This document shows positions 55,738-64,000 of a stretch of DNA of 64,000 nt, piece by piece. The position numbers were made by a program, and so were the translations under genes. This DNA comes from an uncultured Candidatus Saccharibacteria bacterium (GTDB lineage: Bacteria; Patescibacteriota; WWE3; UBA101185; UBA10185). Below the pieces are notes generated by a model. That model did not search any database. It was not told the DNA's origin and saw only the letters and a program-made list of their open reading frames with translations. The DNA lies in NCBI GenBank assembly GCA_964385105.1, contig CAYLMU010000001.1, positions 258,252-322,251 on the forward strand. The letters are read 5' to 3'. How positions within the stretch are numbered: position 1 is the stretch's first letter; each line of letters begins with the position of its first letter.

Positions 55738-57289
55738 AAATAAATATTTACCGGTAGGTCTTTTTATTTTGCTTTTTTTTACTACCCGATTACCGTCATT
55801 GGGTGTTGATGCAATAAATCCCGATGGAGTTAATTGGCACTACAGGTCACAACAATTTATAGTCGGTTTAAAATCAGGTGATTTTGAAAAAACTCATCAG
55901 CATTACCATCCCGGTGTTACGTTAATGTGGGTAGCCGGTATACCAATAGAATTAATAAAACAATTAAATCCTGAAGATGCAGTTTATACCCATCTCAACT
56001 TTATGAAATTTCACACTGCTGCTAAATTAGCACTTGTTTTGGTGCAGTTTATCGTTTCTATATTGATTATATTTGTTTTATACAAAGTTTTGTTGCTTAA
56101 AAACAGGCAATTTCCCTTGCTTATGTCAGTATTCACTGTTGGTCTGTTTTCTCTGGAGCCATTCTTTCTTGGGAACTCAAGGTTATTACACTTGGATGTT
56201 TTGTTGGCGTTACTATTGTTTTTAGGCTTGCTACTGTTTTACTTGTACATAGGCACTTACAAATATACATATGGTGTTTTTGCAGCAATTATTTTGAGTC
56301 TTGCTTTTTTGACTAAAAGTATTGCAATAGGCGCACTTTCTTTTTCATTAGCAATAGGAGGAATGTTATTTTTTAAAGAATTAGGCTTTAAAGGTACTCT
56401 CAAGTTGTTACTCCCATTTTTGGTAATTTATATTGTTACTTTATTTTTGTTCTTTCCTGCTATGTGGACGGCTCCGGTAGACACAATTTATAACATTTTT
56501 GACGAAGCTGAAAGGGTTGGAATAAGAAAAGGTCATGAACAAATCGTTTTTGGCGAGTATACACGTGATGCAGGTCCTTTATTTTATATTCTTGTGTTAT
56601 TACTTAAGACAACACCTTTTACATTAATCGGATTAGTGGCCTTTTTGGTGTTTAAGTTTAAAAGTGTTTTATTGAATATGAACGCCTCGATTGAAAAAAT
56701 AAAAATTTCGCCCGAATTGTTTCTGGGAATTTTTTACTTTGGTTATCTGCTTGTAATGATGTATCCGTCAAAAAAGCTTGATCGATACATGATTCCTCTG
56801 TATCCTTTTTTTGGGTTTATAGCAGTGTACGGTTACTATGAGCTTTATAATAAACTTAAAAGGGTTCATTTTGTCATATTAACTTTAGTTTTGAGTATGC
56901 TTTTTGTGGTATGTCCGGTATTAAAGCTACATCCTTATCCATTTACATATTCAACTCCATTAGTAGGAAGTGCTGACTCCGCACACAAAATCTTAGCACA
57001 AAAACCTTTTGGTATAGGTATACCGGCGCTAAGGGAATTTATTTTTGAAAAATACGGAGAATATCCTACGCTTGGTTTTATTGATACAAAACCTATGAGC
57101 GCTATTTACATGAATTCTCGTTTATTTGACATACGCGTGGATGGAACAAGCAATTACGATATTATTGTTTTGGCAGTTGATGAAGAAATGCCCCAAGAAA
57201 TCCTTGAATCCGAAAACAAGTTTGTTCATGACAGTTCATACTACATAAACGGATTGGAATACTGGAGAATTTATGTTAAAGAGAAGTAA
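55715..57289 (+). CDS. GT-C fold (PMT/ArnT-like) membrane glycosyltransferase
   Basis: NPD..W, YHPGVTLMW, SLEPF, LHLD, FLTKS, PSKKLDRY. Confidence 0.78.
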   Translation: MHLTKILKNKYLPVGLFILLFFTTRLPSLGVDAINPDGVNWHYRSQQFIVGLKSGDFEKTHQHYHPGVTLMWVAGIPIELIKQLNPEDAVYTHLNFMKFHTAAKLALVLVQFIVSILIIFVLYKVLLLKNRQFPLLMSVFTVGLFSLEPFFLGNSRLLHLDVLLALLLFLGLLLFYLYIGTYKYTYGVFAAIILSLAFLTKSIAIGALSFSLAIGGMLFFKELGFKGTLKLLLPFLVIYIVTLFLFFPAMWTAPVDTIYNIFDEAERVGIRKGHEQIVFGEYTRDAGPLFYILVLLLKTTPFTLIGLVAFLVFKFKSVLLNMNASIEKIKISPELFLGIFYFGYLLVMMYPSKKLDRYMIPLYPFFGFIAVYGYYELYNKLKRVHFVILTLVLSMLFVVCPVLKLHPYPFTYSTPLVGSADSAHKILAQKPFGIGIPALREFIFEKYGEYPTLGFIDTKPMSAIYMNSRLFDIRVDGTSNYDIIVLAVDEEMPQEILESENKFVHDSSYYINGLEYWRIYVKEK

Positions 57290-58565
57290 AAATATTGTTG
57301 TTGAGAATAAGCTTTTGTTTGGCATATTTGCTTTTACGCTCTTTTTAAGACTGCTTTCTATAGAACATTCATTCCCCAATATTGTGCATCCCGATGAACC
57401 TACAATTGTGAGGTCGGCACTTGGGATTAGATTTTTTCCAAATCCTAAGCATTTTGACTGGCCACATTTGTATATCTATTTAAATTACTTTGTATACATG
57501 CTTTTTGCCTGGGTACGTAATATTTTAGCAATGTTGGGGCTTAAGAGTACTTTTTCAAATATTTTTCCGCTTTTGTGGAACGATGACCTTATTTTTTATT
57601 TAATCAGCAGAATATTTTCATCATTTTTGGGAGCATTAACGGTTTTTCCGGTTTATCTGGCTGCATTAAATTTATTTAAAAATAAGAAAGTTGCCATTTT
57701 TTCGGCTTTAGTTATGGCTGTGTTACCATACCACATCTGGCATTCCCAGTACTCGTTGGCAGATGTTCCAATGACATTTTTTTTGGCTATGGCAATGTAC
57801 TTTTGCACGCATATATTTAAATCAAATAAAACTTTTTATTATATATTGGCAGGTTTATTTGTAGGTTTTGCCGCGTCTACAAAGTATAACGGTGGATTAT
57901 CGGCTTTAATTGTGCTAACAGCACATTTATTGCGCGTTTACAGCACCAAAGAAAGATTATTTAGCATTGAAAATTTAAAAAATTTGTTTTTGTCAGGTAC
58001 TTTTTCACTAATCGGATTTGTTATGGGAACTCCGTATGCTTTACTTGATTTTTCAACTTTTATACGAACAGATGGCCCAAAAGGAGCTTTGTGGCAGTTC
58101 ACAAACGTAGGTAAAGTTTCACTTGATTTACAGGTGATTAAATTTGTAAGTTTATTTTTTACCAAACTTCCGGACGATTTTGGTTTTATGCCTCTTATTG
58201 CATATCTTACGGTTGTACTTTCACTGCCCTTCAAAATAGTAAGAAATTTTATTTTTGTACATGTGGAGCCTTTATTATTGCTGATAATTCCTTCGTTGAT
58301 TTTTTTCTTTTATATTGCAGGATTTGAAAAAAGCAGATCTCATTATTATTTTATTACCTATCCTTTAGTGGCTGTTGTTGCTGGATATTTGGTACATAAA
58401 TTATTTGATTATGTTGGTACCTCATTTAATAAAAAGGTACAAATGTTAATGTTATTGCTCTTTTTCATTTTTCCGCTCATAGTAATAATACAAAATACAA
58501 TTTCCAGATTTGAAAGTTACAATATTGTAACGGAAGAAACTTATGAAACTAAAGAAGATTATTGA
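57273..58565 (+). CDS. GT-C fold (PMT/ArnT-like) membrane glycosyltransferase
   Basis: HPDE acidic motif after TM1, FDWPHLY, ADVP, AASTKYNG, GTPY. Confidence 0.82.
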   Translation: MLKRSKNIVVENKLLFGIFAFTLFLRLLSIEHSFPNIVHPDEPTIVRSALGIRFFPNPKHFDWPHLYIYLNYFVYMLFAWVRNILAMLGLKSTFSNIFPLLWNDDLIFYLISRIFSSFLGALTVFPVYLAALNLFKNKKVAIFSALVMAVLPYHIWHSQYSLADVPMTFFLAMAMYFCTHIFKSNKTFYYILAGLFVGFAASTKYNGGLSALIVLTAHLLRVYSTKERLFSIENLKNLFLSGTFSLIGFVMGTPYALLDFSTFIRTDGPKGALWQFTNVGKVSLDLQVIKFVSLFFTKLPDDFGFMPLIAYLTVVLSLPFKIVRNFIFVHVEPLLLLIIPSLIFFFYIAGFEKSRSHYYFITYPLVAVVAGYLVHKLFDYVGTSFNKKVQMLMLLLFFIFPLIVIIQNTISRFESYNIVTEETYETKEDY

Positions 58566-60177
58566 TTTTAAATGGGAATTATCTTTTTTAATATTTTTTG
58601 TGGCTTCACGATTACCTATGCTTGGCCATGATATATTCAACACTGATGTATGGAAATGGAAAAGCCGAATTTTTGATTTTGGTACCGGAATATTCACATT
58701 AAACTTTGAAAAAACAATTCAAAGATATCATCCAGGTGTAACTTTAATGTGGATTGGTAGTTTTGCTGTTAAAGTTTATAACTTTGGGTATGAGCTAATA
58801 TTTAAAATTCCTCCGCCTGATAACTCAATACATACTATTTTTCAATTACACTTTATGCAAAAGTTTTTTATAGTTTTAGCTATCGGATTTACTTTATTTT
58901 TTGTGTTTTATGTTGTTAAACAACTGTTTTCGCTAAAGTATGCTTTGTTAACACTGCTAATGATGTCGCTTGAGCCTTTTTATGTCGGATTGACACGTGT
59001 AGTGCATCTAGAGGGGTTAATGTCAACATTTATGATTGCGTCGTTTGTTGCTTTTTATATGTATATAAGAAATTCCCATATGAGAAAATACATAATTCTC
59101 TCTGCATTCTTTGGTGCTTTAGCAATACTCACCAAAACGTCAGCACTTTTTTTGTTACCGATGATGGCTTTAATACTAGTGTGTGAGCGAATACCAGATT
59201 TTTCCCGCGGATTAAACTTGAAAAATTCAATAAATTATATATTAGTTAACTTTCTCACTTGGTTAGTATTTGTACTTATATTTTTTATAGCTTTGTGGCC
59301 GGCCATGTGGACAATGCCCCAACAAGCCCTAAGCACACTTTATTCAGGTATATCAGAAACCGGAGTAGAAGAAGGGCATATTCAATTATATTTTTCAAAC
59401 TTAGTTGAAGATCCCGGACTCACCTTTTATCCCGTTGTTTTGTTTTTGCGCTCATCAGTTATGTTGATTATTGGGGTCATTGGATTTTTCTTGATTTATA
59501 AAAAATTAAATGCAAATGAGCGTAAATTTGCGTCATATGCTTTGCTGTTTGCACTTTTTTATGGAATTGAAATGACAATCCCATCAAAAAAGCTGGATCG
59601 ATACCTATTGCCAAGTATTATAAGTTTATGGTTTACAGCAGGATTTTTTTATATACATCTATTAAAAAAGATTGAACCATTTGTTGTTGGTTTAATTATT
59701 TTATTATTGCTTCCGGTTTTCACATTGATTGTTTTGCATTCAGACTATTTGGCCTATTACAACCCGCTTATTGGTGGTACGGCAAAAGGTATTTATATCA
59801 TTGAGCCAAAGTGGATGATTGGCCAACATGAGATTGTGGATTACTTAAATGAGCTAAAAACACAAAACGCATACGCTAGCTTTGAAGACGGTGAAAGTAT
59901 TGATGAATACGTGAATACTGTTTTTATTCAGGATAAGCTTGTGGTAGGATTCCAGGAAAAATATTACACTCAAATATGGCCATTTGTTAATGAAATCGGA
60001 GCCAGAGCAACCATTACAGATTTAACAGGACAGGCAATTAATACAAAGTACTTTATATATCCTGTTTGGGATGATACTTCGCACGAAGAAGATCGCTTTG
60101 AGCTTGTTAAAGTTGGCGAAATTGAATCAAAAGGCATAATACTTTACCATGTGTACGAAAGGATAATAGTTTTATGA
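58543..60177 (+). CDS. GT-C fold (PMT/ArnT-like) membrane glycosyltransferase, paralogue of 55715-57289
   Basis: NTD..W, YHPGVTLMW, SLEPF, VHLE, ILTKT, WPAMWT, PSKKLDRY. Confidence 0.78.
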   Translation: MKLKKIIDFKWELSFLIFFVASRLPMLGHDIFNTDVWKWKSRIFDFGTGIFTLNFEKTIQRYHPGVTLMWIGSFAVKVYNFGYELIFKIPPPDNSIHTIFQLHFMQKFFIVLAIGFTLFFVFYVVKQLFSLKYALLTLLMMSLEPFYVGLTRVVHLEGLMSTFMIASFVAFYMYIRNSHMRKYIILSAFFGALAILTKTSALFLLPMMALILVCERIPDFSRGLNLKNSINYILVNFLTWLVFVLIFFIALWPAMWTMPQQALSTLYSGISETGVEEGHIQLYFSNLVEDPGLTFYPVVLFLRSSVMLIIGVIGFFLIYKKLNANERKFASYALLFALFYGIEMTIPSKKLDRYLLPSIISLWFTAGFFYIHLLKKIEPFVVGLIILLLLPVFTLIVLHSDYLAYYNPLIGGTAKGIYIIEPKWMIGQHEIVDYLNELKTQNAYASFEDGESIDEYVNTVFIQDKLVVGFQEKYYTQIWPFVNEIGARATITDLTGQAINTKYFIYPVWDDTSHEEDRFELVKVGEIESKGIILYHVYERIIVL

Positions 60178-61466
60178 ACGGGGCAAAAATCACATCTATT
60201 CTAAAAGGCGATTTCATTTTAAAAGGTACTGCTTTGATGAGCATTGGATTTTTTGTTGCCAGCATATTTAATTATTTATTGCAGGTTGTATTGGGGCGAG
60301 TACTAACTATTCCGGAGTTTGGAGTTTTCAATGCATTATTGTCTTTATCATATTTGTTTATCGTTCCGGCTAATGTATTGTCGTTGTCTCTGGTGAAAGT
60401 AACTTCTGAATTAAAGGCAAAAAATTCGTTTAACGAACTCACTCACTTATATAAGTCTTTAGTAAAATGGGCTATTCTACTTGGATCTATACTTGCTTTA
60501 TTTATTTACTTAAGTAGCCCGTGGATATCGTCGTATTTGAGAATTGAAAACCGAAACATTTTTGCTACATATTCATTATTTCTTGGAGCCACTTTTCTGA
60601 CCATAATTCCTGCAGCATTTTTGCAAGGACTTCTTAGATTTAAAGGTTTTGCGTTTTTTGCAATTTCAAGTTCAGTAATAAGGTTAATATTACCGTTATT
60701 GTTTATATACCTGGGGTATAGAGTGGCAGGAGTTTTTGGAGGGCTTTTTATTTTTGCACTATTTAGTTATGTACTTGCACACCTGATTCTTAAAAAAAAT
60801 CTGATTGTTAAAGAAAAGATTGAGGTGAGAAATTTGTTGAGGCGTATACTAACGTTGAGTATTCCTGTGTTGATAATAAGAGTCAGTTTGGATTTAATGG
60901 GTAATGTTGATTTAATTTTGGTAAAACATTTTTTCACTGCTCATGATGCCGGGCTTTATGCGGGAGTAGTTACAATTTGCAAAGTCTTTTTGTTTGGTGC
61001 GGGAATGTTGGGAATGGTTATGTATCCAATAATTTCTGAGATTCACGCAAAAGGTGAAAGTATAATTCCTGCAGTAAAAAAATTTATTATAATACAACTT
61101 GTTTTAGTAACAGGGGGATTAATAACGTTTGTCTTTTTTCCGGATTTGATTTCGGGCGTAATGTTTGGGCAGAAATATATTGAATCAGCAGCATATGTTC
61201 CTCTTTTCGCGTTGTTTGTAGGTGTCTACATACTTATTAATTTTTTTACAATGTTGTGTATTGCAGTTGGAAAGGTGAATGTATATGCTATTTTATCAAT
61301 AGGGGTTATATTGCAGTTTATTGGAATTCAAATGTATCACACTAACCTGTATAACATTATAAGTGTAAACTTAGTTGTTTCAATATGCGTTTTGGTGGTT
61401 TTACTAGCCTATACTGCTAAAATATTAAATCATGAAAAAAGTATCCATAATAATTCCCGCCTATAA
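60174..61466 (+). CDS. Wzx/MOP-family oligosaccharide flippase
   Basis: FNYLLQVVLGRVL...FG, LQGLLRF, NVDLILVKHFF....AGLY. Confidence 0.85.
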   Translation: MNGAKITSILKGDFILKGTALMSIGFFVASIFNYLLQVVLGRVLTIPEFGVFNALLSLSYLFIVPANVLSLSLVKVTSELKAKNSFNELTHLYKSLVKWAILLGSILALFIYLSSPWISSYLRIENRNIFATYSLFLGATFLTIIPAAFLQGLLRFKGFAFFAISSSVIRLILPLLFIYLGYRVAGVFGGLFIFALFSYVLAHLILKKNLIVKEKIEVRNLLRRILTLSIPVLIIRVSLDLMGNVDLILVKHFFTAHDAGLYAGVVTICKVFLFGAGMLGMVMYPIISEIHAKGESIIPAVKKFIIIQLVLVTGGLITFVFFPDLISGVMFGQKYIESAAYVPLFALFVGVYILINFFTMLCIAVGKVNVYAILSIGVILQFIGIQMYHTNLYNIISVNLVVSICVLVVLLAYTAKILNHEKSIHNNSRL

Positions 61467-63252
61467 ACAAGAAAAAACGATAAAGCAGGATATTGACAAT
61501 ATTTGCAATACAATGAAACAAACCCGTTTGGATTTTGAAATTATTGTTGTTGACGATGGATCCACCGACAATACTTTTGATGAAGCGAAAAAAAGCCAGT
61601 GTGAAAATGTAAAAGTTGTGCGATACGAAGAAAATGAAGGAAAAGGTTATGCGGTAAGATATGGAATGGCACGTTCAAAAGGTGATTATATCGCATTTAT
61701 TGATGCAGGTATGGATATTGACTCAAATGGAATATCCATGCTTCTTGAACATATGGAGTGGTATGATGCTGATGTAATTGTGGGGAGTAAAAGACATCCT
61801 GCATCTCAGGTAAACTACCCTTTTACCCGAAGAATTTATAGCTGGGGCTATTACACATTGGTTAGATTATTGTTTGGGTTGAAAATTAGAGACACTCAAA
61901 CAGGACTAAAGGTGTTTAAAAGAGAAGTTCTGGAGCAAGTTTTGCCACGGTTGGTAATAAAAAGATTCGCTTTTGATATTGAAATTTTGGCGGTAGCACG
62001 TTATGTGGGATTTAAAAAGATATATGAGGCACCTGTACGCATCAGCTGGGACTTTAATAACACCAACTTTAAAAAATTTTTGATTTTTGAACCATTTATA
62101 AGAGGAATGATTGTAGATACTTTTGGTGTGTTTTACAGGATGCGTATTTTAAAGTATTACCATTCCGATAATAGCGGAAATTGGTATTTAAGCAAAAAAA
62201 TGACTCCGGGTGTTGTTGACGAGGCGTCACCTGTTACATACAAGTTTAGTGTAATTATCCCTGTCAGATCCTTTAATGACTTCTTAACAGAAAATATAAA
62301 AGCGTTGAAATCACAAACTTACAAAAATTTTGAAGTAATTATTATTTTAGACAATGAAGAGTCTTTTGACTTTAAAGGTGATAAAAGATTTAAGGTTATA
62401 GCTGCAGGTGAAATTGGACCTGGTGATAAAAGAAATATTGGAGCGAAAGCATCAACCGGGGATATCTTAGTTTTTTTGGACGATGACGCTTATCCTACTA
62501 TAACTTGGCTTGAATATGCAGATGATGTATTTAATGAAAATGATATTTATGCTTTGGGGGCGCCTGGTGTCACTCCTCCAAATGCCGGAGTTCGGGAGAG
62601 GTGTTCAGGTAGAGTCCTTGAGTCTATGCTTGCAAGTTATAAAGAAGTTTATAGACATATACCATCCTCAAGCCGATTAATAAGCGATTATCCTACGGTA
62701 AATCTTTTCGTAAAAAAAGATGCATTTTTTAAAGTAGGTGGATTTAATGAAAATTTCTGGCCGGGAGAAGACACAAAATTGTGTTTGGACTTAGTTAAAG
62801 AATTTGGAAAACCCTTTTTATACGACCCAAAGCCTGTAGTTTATCATCATCGAAGAAAGCTCTTTTTACCGCACTTAAAACAAATTTCCCGCTACGGGAA
62901 GCACCGGGGTTACTTTGCAAAAAAATTTCCCGAGACCTCCCGTAAGCTCTCATATTTTATTCCCTCCTTATTTGTCTTGGGATTATTTGCAGGACCTATA
63001 ATTGTGTTGTTTTTTAGAGATTTATTATGGATATATTTAATCGCCGTTTATATTTATATTTTCTTTTTGGTTTATGAAACGATAAAAACTATACTATACG
63101 AATTATCTTTTGTAAGTGGTTTATGTGTGGGAGTGGGAATTTTTTTGACTCACGTTGTTTATGGTATAAATTTCATGATTGGACTTTTAAAAAAGCCTGA
63201 CTTAAAATTAAAAAGATTTGACTCCGCTTCCGGAAATTATATAGAAGGATAA
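61432..63252 (+). CDS. Tandem double GT2 glycosyltransferase with C-terminal TMs
   Basis: Domain 1: IPAYK, VDDGSTD, FIDAG, DTQTGLK, FAFDIE; domain 2: SVIIPV, RNIGA, FLDDD, GGF...PGED. Confidence 0.9.
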   Translation: MKKVSIIIPAYKQEKTIKQDIDNICNTMKQTRLDFEIIVVDDGSTDNTFDEAKKSQCENVKVVRYEENEGKGYAVRYGMARSKGDYIAFIDAGMDIDSNGISMLLEHMEWYDADVIVGSKRHPASQVNYPFTRRIYSWGYYTLVRLLFGLKIRDTQTGLKVFKREVLEQVLPRLVIKRFAFDIEILAVARYVGFKKIYEAPVRISWDFNNTNFKKFLIFEPFIRGMIVDTFGVFYRMRILKYYHSDNSGNWYLSKKMTPGVVDEASPVTYKFSVIIPVRSFNDFLTENIKALKSQTYKNFEVIIILDNEESFDFKGDKRFKVIAAGEIGPGDKRNIGAKASTGDILVFLDDDAYPTITWLEYADDVFNENDIYALGAPGVTPPNAGVRERCSGRVLESMLASYKEVYRHIPSSSRLISDYPTVNLFVKKDAFFKVGGFNENFWPGEDTKLCLDLVKEFGKPFLYDPKPVVYHHRRKLFLPHLKQISRYGKHRGYFAKKFPETSRKLSYFIPSLFVLGLFAGPIIVLFFRDLLWIYLIAVYIYIFFLVYETIKTILYELSFVSGLCVGVGIFLTHVVYGINFMIGLLKKPDLKLKRFDSASGNYIEG

Positions 63253-63253
63253 T

Positions 63254-63517
63254 ATGCAAAAAAACGGTCAGGATGAATTTGCAGTAAACGCGAATTCAAA
63301 ACTAAGAATAAAAGTAATCAAAACTAAATGTATAAGTGCAGCTACGTGTGTGATTATTGCTCCTCTTACTTTTGACCTGGATGATGAAGGCATTGCATAT
63401 GTAAAAGAAGGTACGTGGGATGAAGCAGTTACAATAATTGATGCTGCAAAATCCTGCCCGACAACCGCAATTATTGTGGAAGATATGGACGGTAATCAAA
63501 TTTATCCGGCAATTTAA
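63254..63517 (+). CDS. Small ferredoxin (probably 3Fe-4S)
   Basis: CISAATC...AP..F.LD...AAKSCPTTAI. Confidence 0.88.
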   Translation: MQKNGQDEFAVNANSKLRIKVIKTKCISAATCVIIAPLTFDLDDEGIAYVKEGTWDEAVTIIDAAKSCPTTAIIVEDMDGNQIYPAI

Positions 63518-63520
63518 ATT

Positions 63521-64000
63521 ATGCACAAATCTTTATTTTTAAATACTATTTCACCTCAAACGCTAAATACTCTTAATAATATAAATTTAAGCTCACTCAT
63601 ATTGGATCAGTCGTTGGTTAACAAAGATTTAGTCGAAGAGATTAAACAGAAATTGAGCAACATTGAGATATATGTTTCAGTCTCTGTTTTTGATTCACAA
63701 AAATTGCAAAAATACGCCGATGCATTAGCTATTGATTCCGAAGGTAGAGATACAAGCAATGGTGGAGTTTGCCCAACTCACCCGGGCGTACGGTCTGAAG
63801 CACTTGATGCAATTAGAGCTTTATTAAATGAAAATATTGACGGAATTTGGTTGGATCAGCTTAAATACCCAACACAATGGGATGTTCCCGAGCCGAACAT
63901 TTTAGACACATGCTACTGTGGACGTTGTTTAAAGCTTTTTGAAGAGTACATTGGTGAGCCTATAGAAGGTGTTGGTGGAGAAGGTACCGAACTTGAAAAT
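63521..64000 (+). CDS. Partial ORF, glycoside-hydrolase-like TIM barrel (GHL10/DUF187-like); runs off window
   Basis: Translated by hand: MHKSLFLN...VCPTHPGVR...IDGIWLDQLKYP...CYCGRCLKLF; open to 64000. Confidence 0.6.
   Translation, partial: MHKSLFLNTISPQTLNTLNNINLSSLILDQSLVNKDLVEEIKQKLSNIEIYVSVSVFDSQKLQKYADALAIDSEGRDTSNGGVCPTHPGVRSEALDAIRALLNENIDGIWLDQLKYPTQWDVPEPNILDTCYCGRCLKLFEEYIGEPIEGVGGEGTELEN

Noticed and set aside
1009-63526. Many 60-160 aa ORFs in the track lying antisense or out of frame within longer genes (e.g. 2171-2497, 14174-14611, 29804-30154, 34399-34710, 45768-46244, 47062-47550)
   Set aside because: They overlap confidently identified genes, show no recognisable motifs, and look like codon-bias shadows.
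1-64000. Alternative genetic code (UGA=Gly, as in Gracilibacteria/Absconditabacteria)
   Set aside because: Long genes are open under code 11, recJ, gltX and recX end at TGA at expected lengths, and RF2 is present.
1-64000. tRNA, rRNA, CRISPR arrays, transposases, introns or inteins
   Set aside because: Intergenic gaps are short and showed no cloverleaf or repeat-spacer pattern by eye; RecA and other usual hosts have normal length. A covariance-model scan was not possible.

Overview
An AT-rich, gene-dense bacterial chromosome segment in genetic code 11 (TGA is used as stop). The gene content suggests a Candidate Phyla Radiation (Patescibacteria) genome, possibly WWE3/Microgenomates-like; this is an inference from the missing rpmD, archaeal-type AspRS and many apparently leaderless genes. 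1-16 kb: 3' end of tuf and the S10-spc-alpha ribosomal superoperon through rplM-rpsI. 16-37.4 kb: an XRE / radC / TasA-like / sipW / membrane-anchored Clp ATPase cluster, then prfB, secDF, recJ, aspS, a dacA-like gene, gltX and recA-recX-rny-ymdB-hup. 37.4-42 kb: a sensor kinase / DUF2156 / membrane sensor / EamA / SpeD island. 42-64 kb: a ~20 kb surface-glycosylation locus rich in polyprenyl-phosphate sugar synthases, GT-C enzymes and flippases. Best leads: (1) a ~55-nt T-box-like antiterminator/terminator switch upstream of aspS with no room for Stem I; (2) an unannotated 32-aa amphipathic peptide gene with a near-consensus leaderless promoter next to recA; (3) a TasA/SipW fibre module; (4) a membrane Clp ATPase lacking both pore-loop tyrosines; (5) uL3 with a ~60-aa internal deletion behind a candidate attenuator; (6) SecDF that appears to have lost proton-relay residues. 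All homology calls come from motif recognition by eye; no searches were run.
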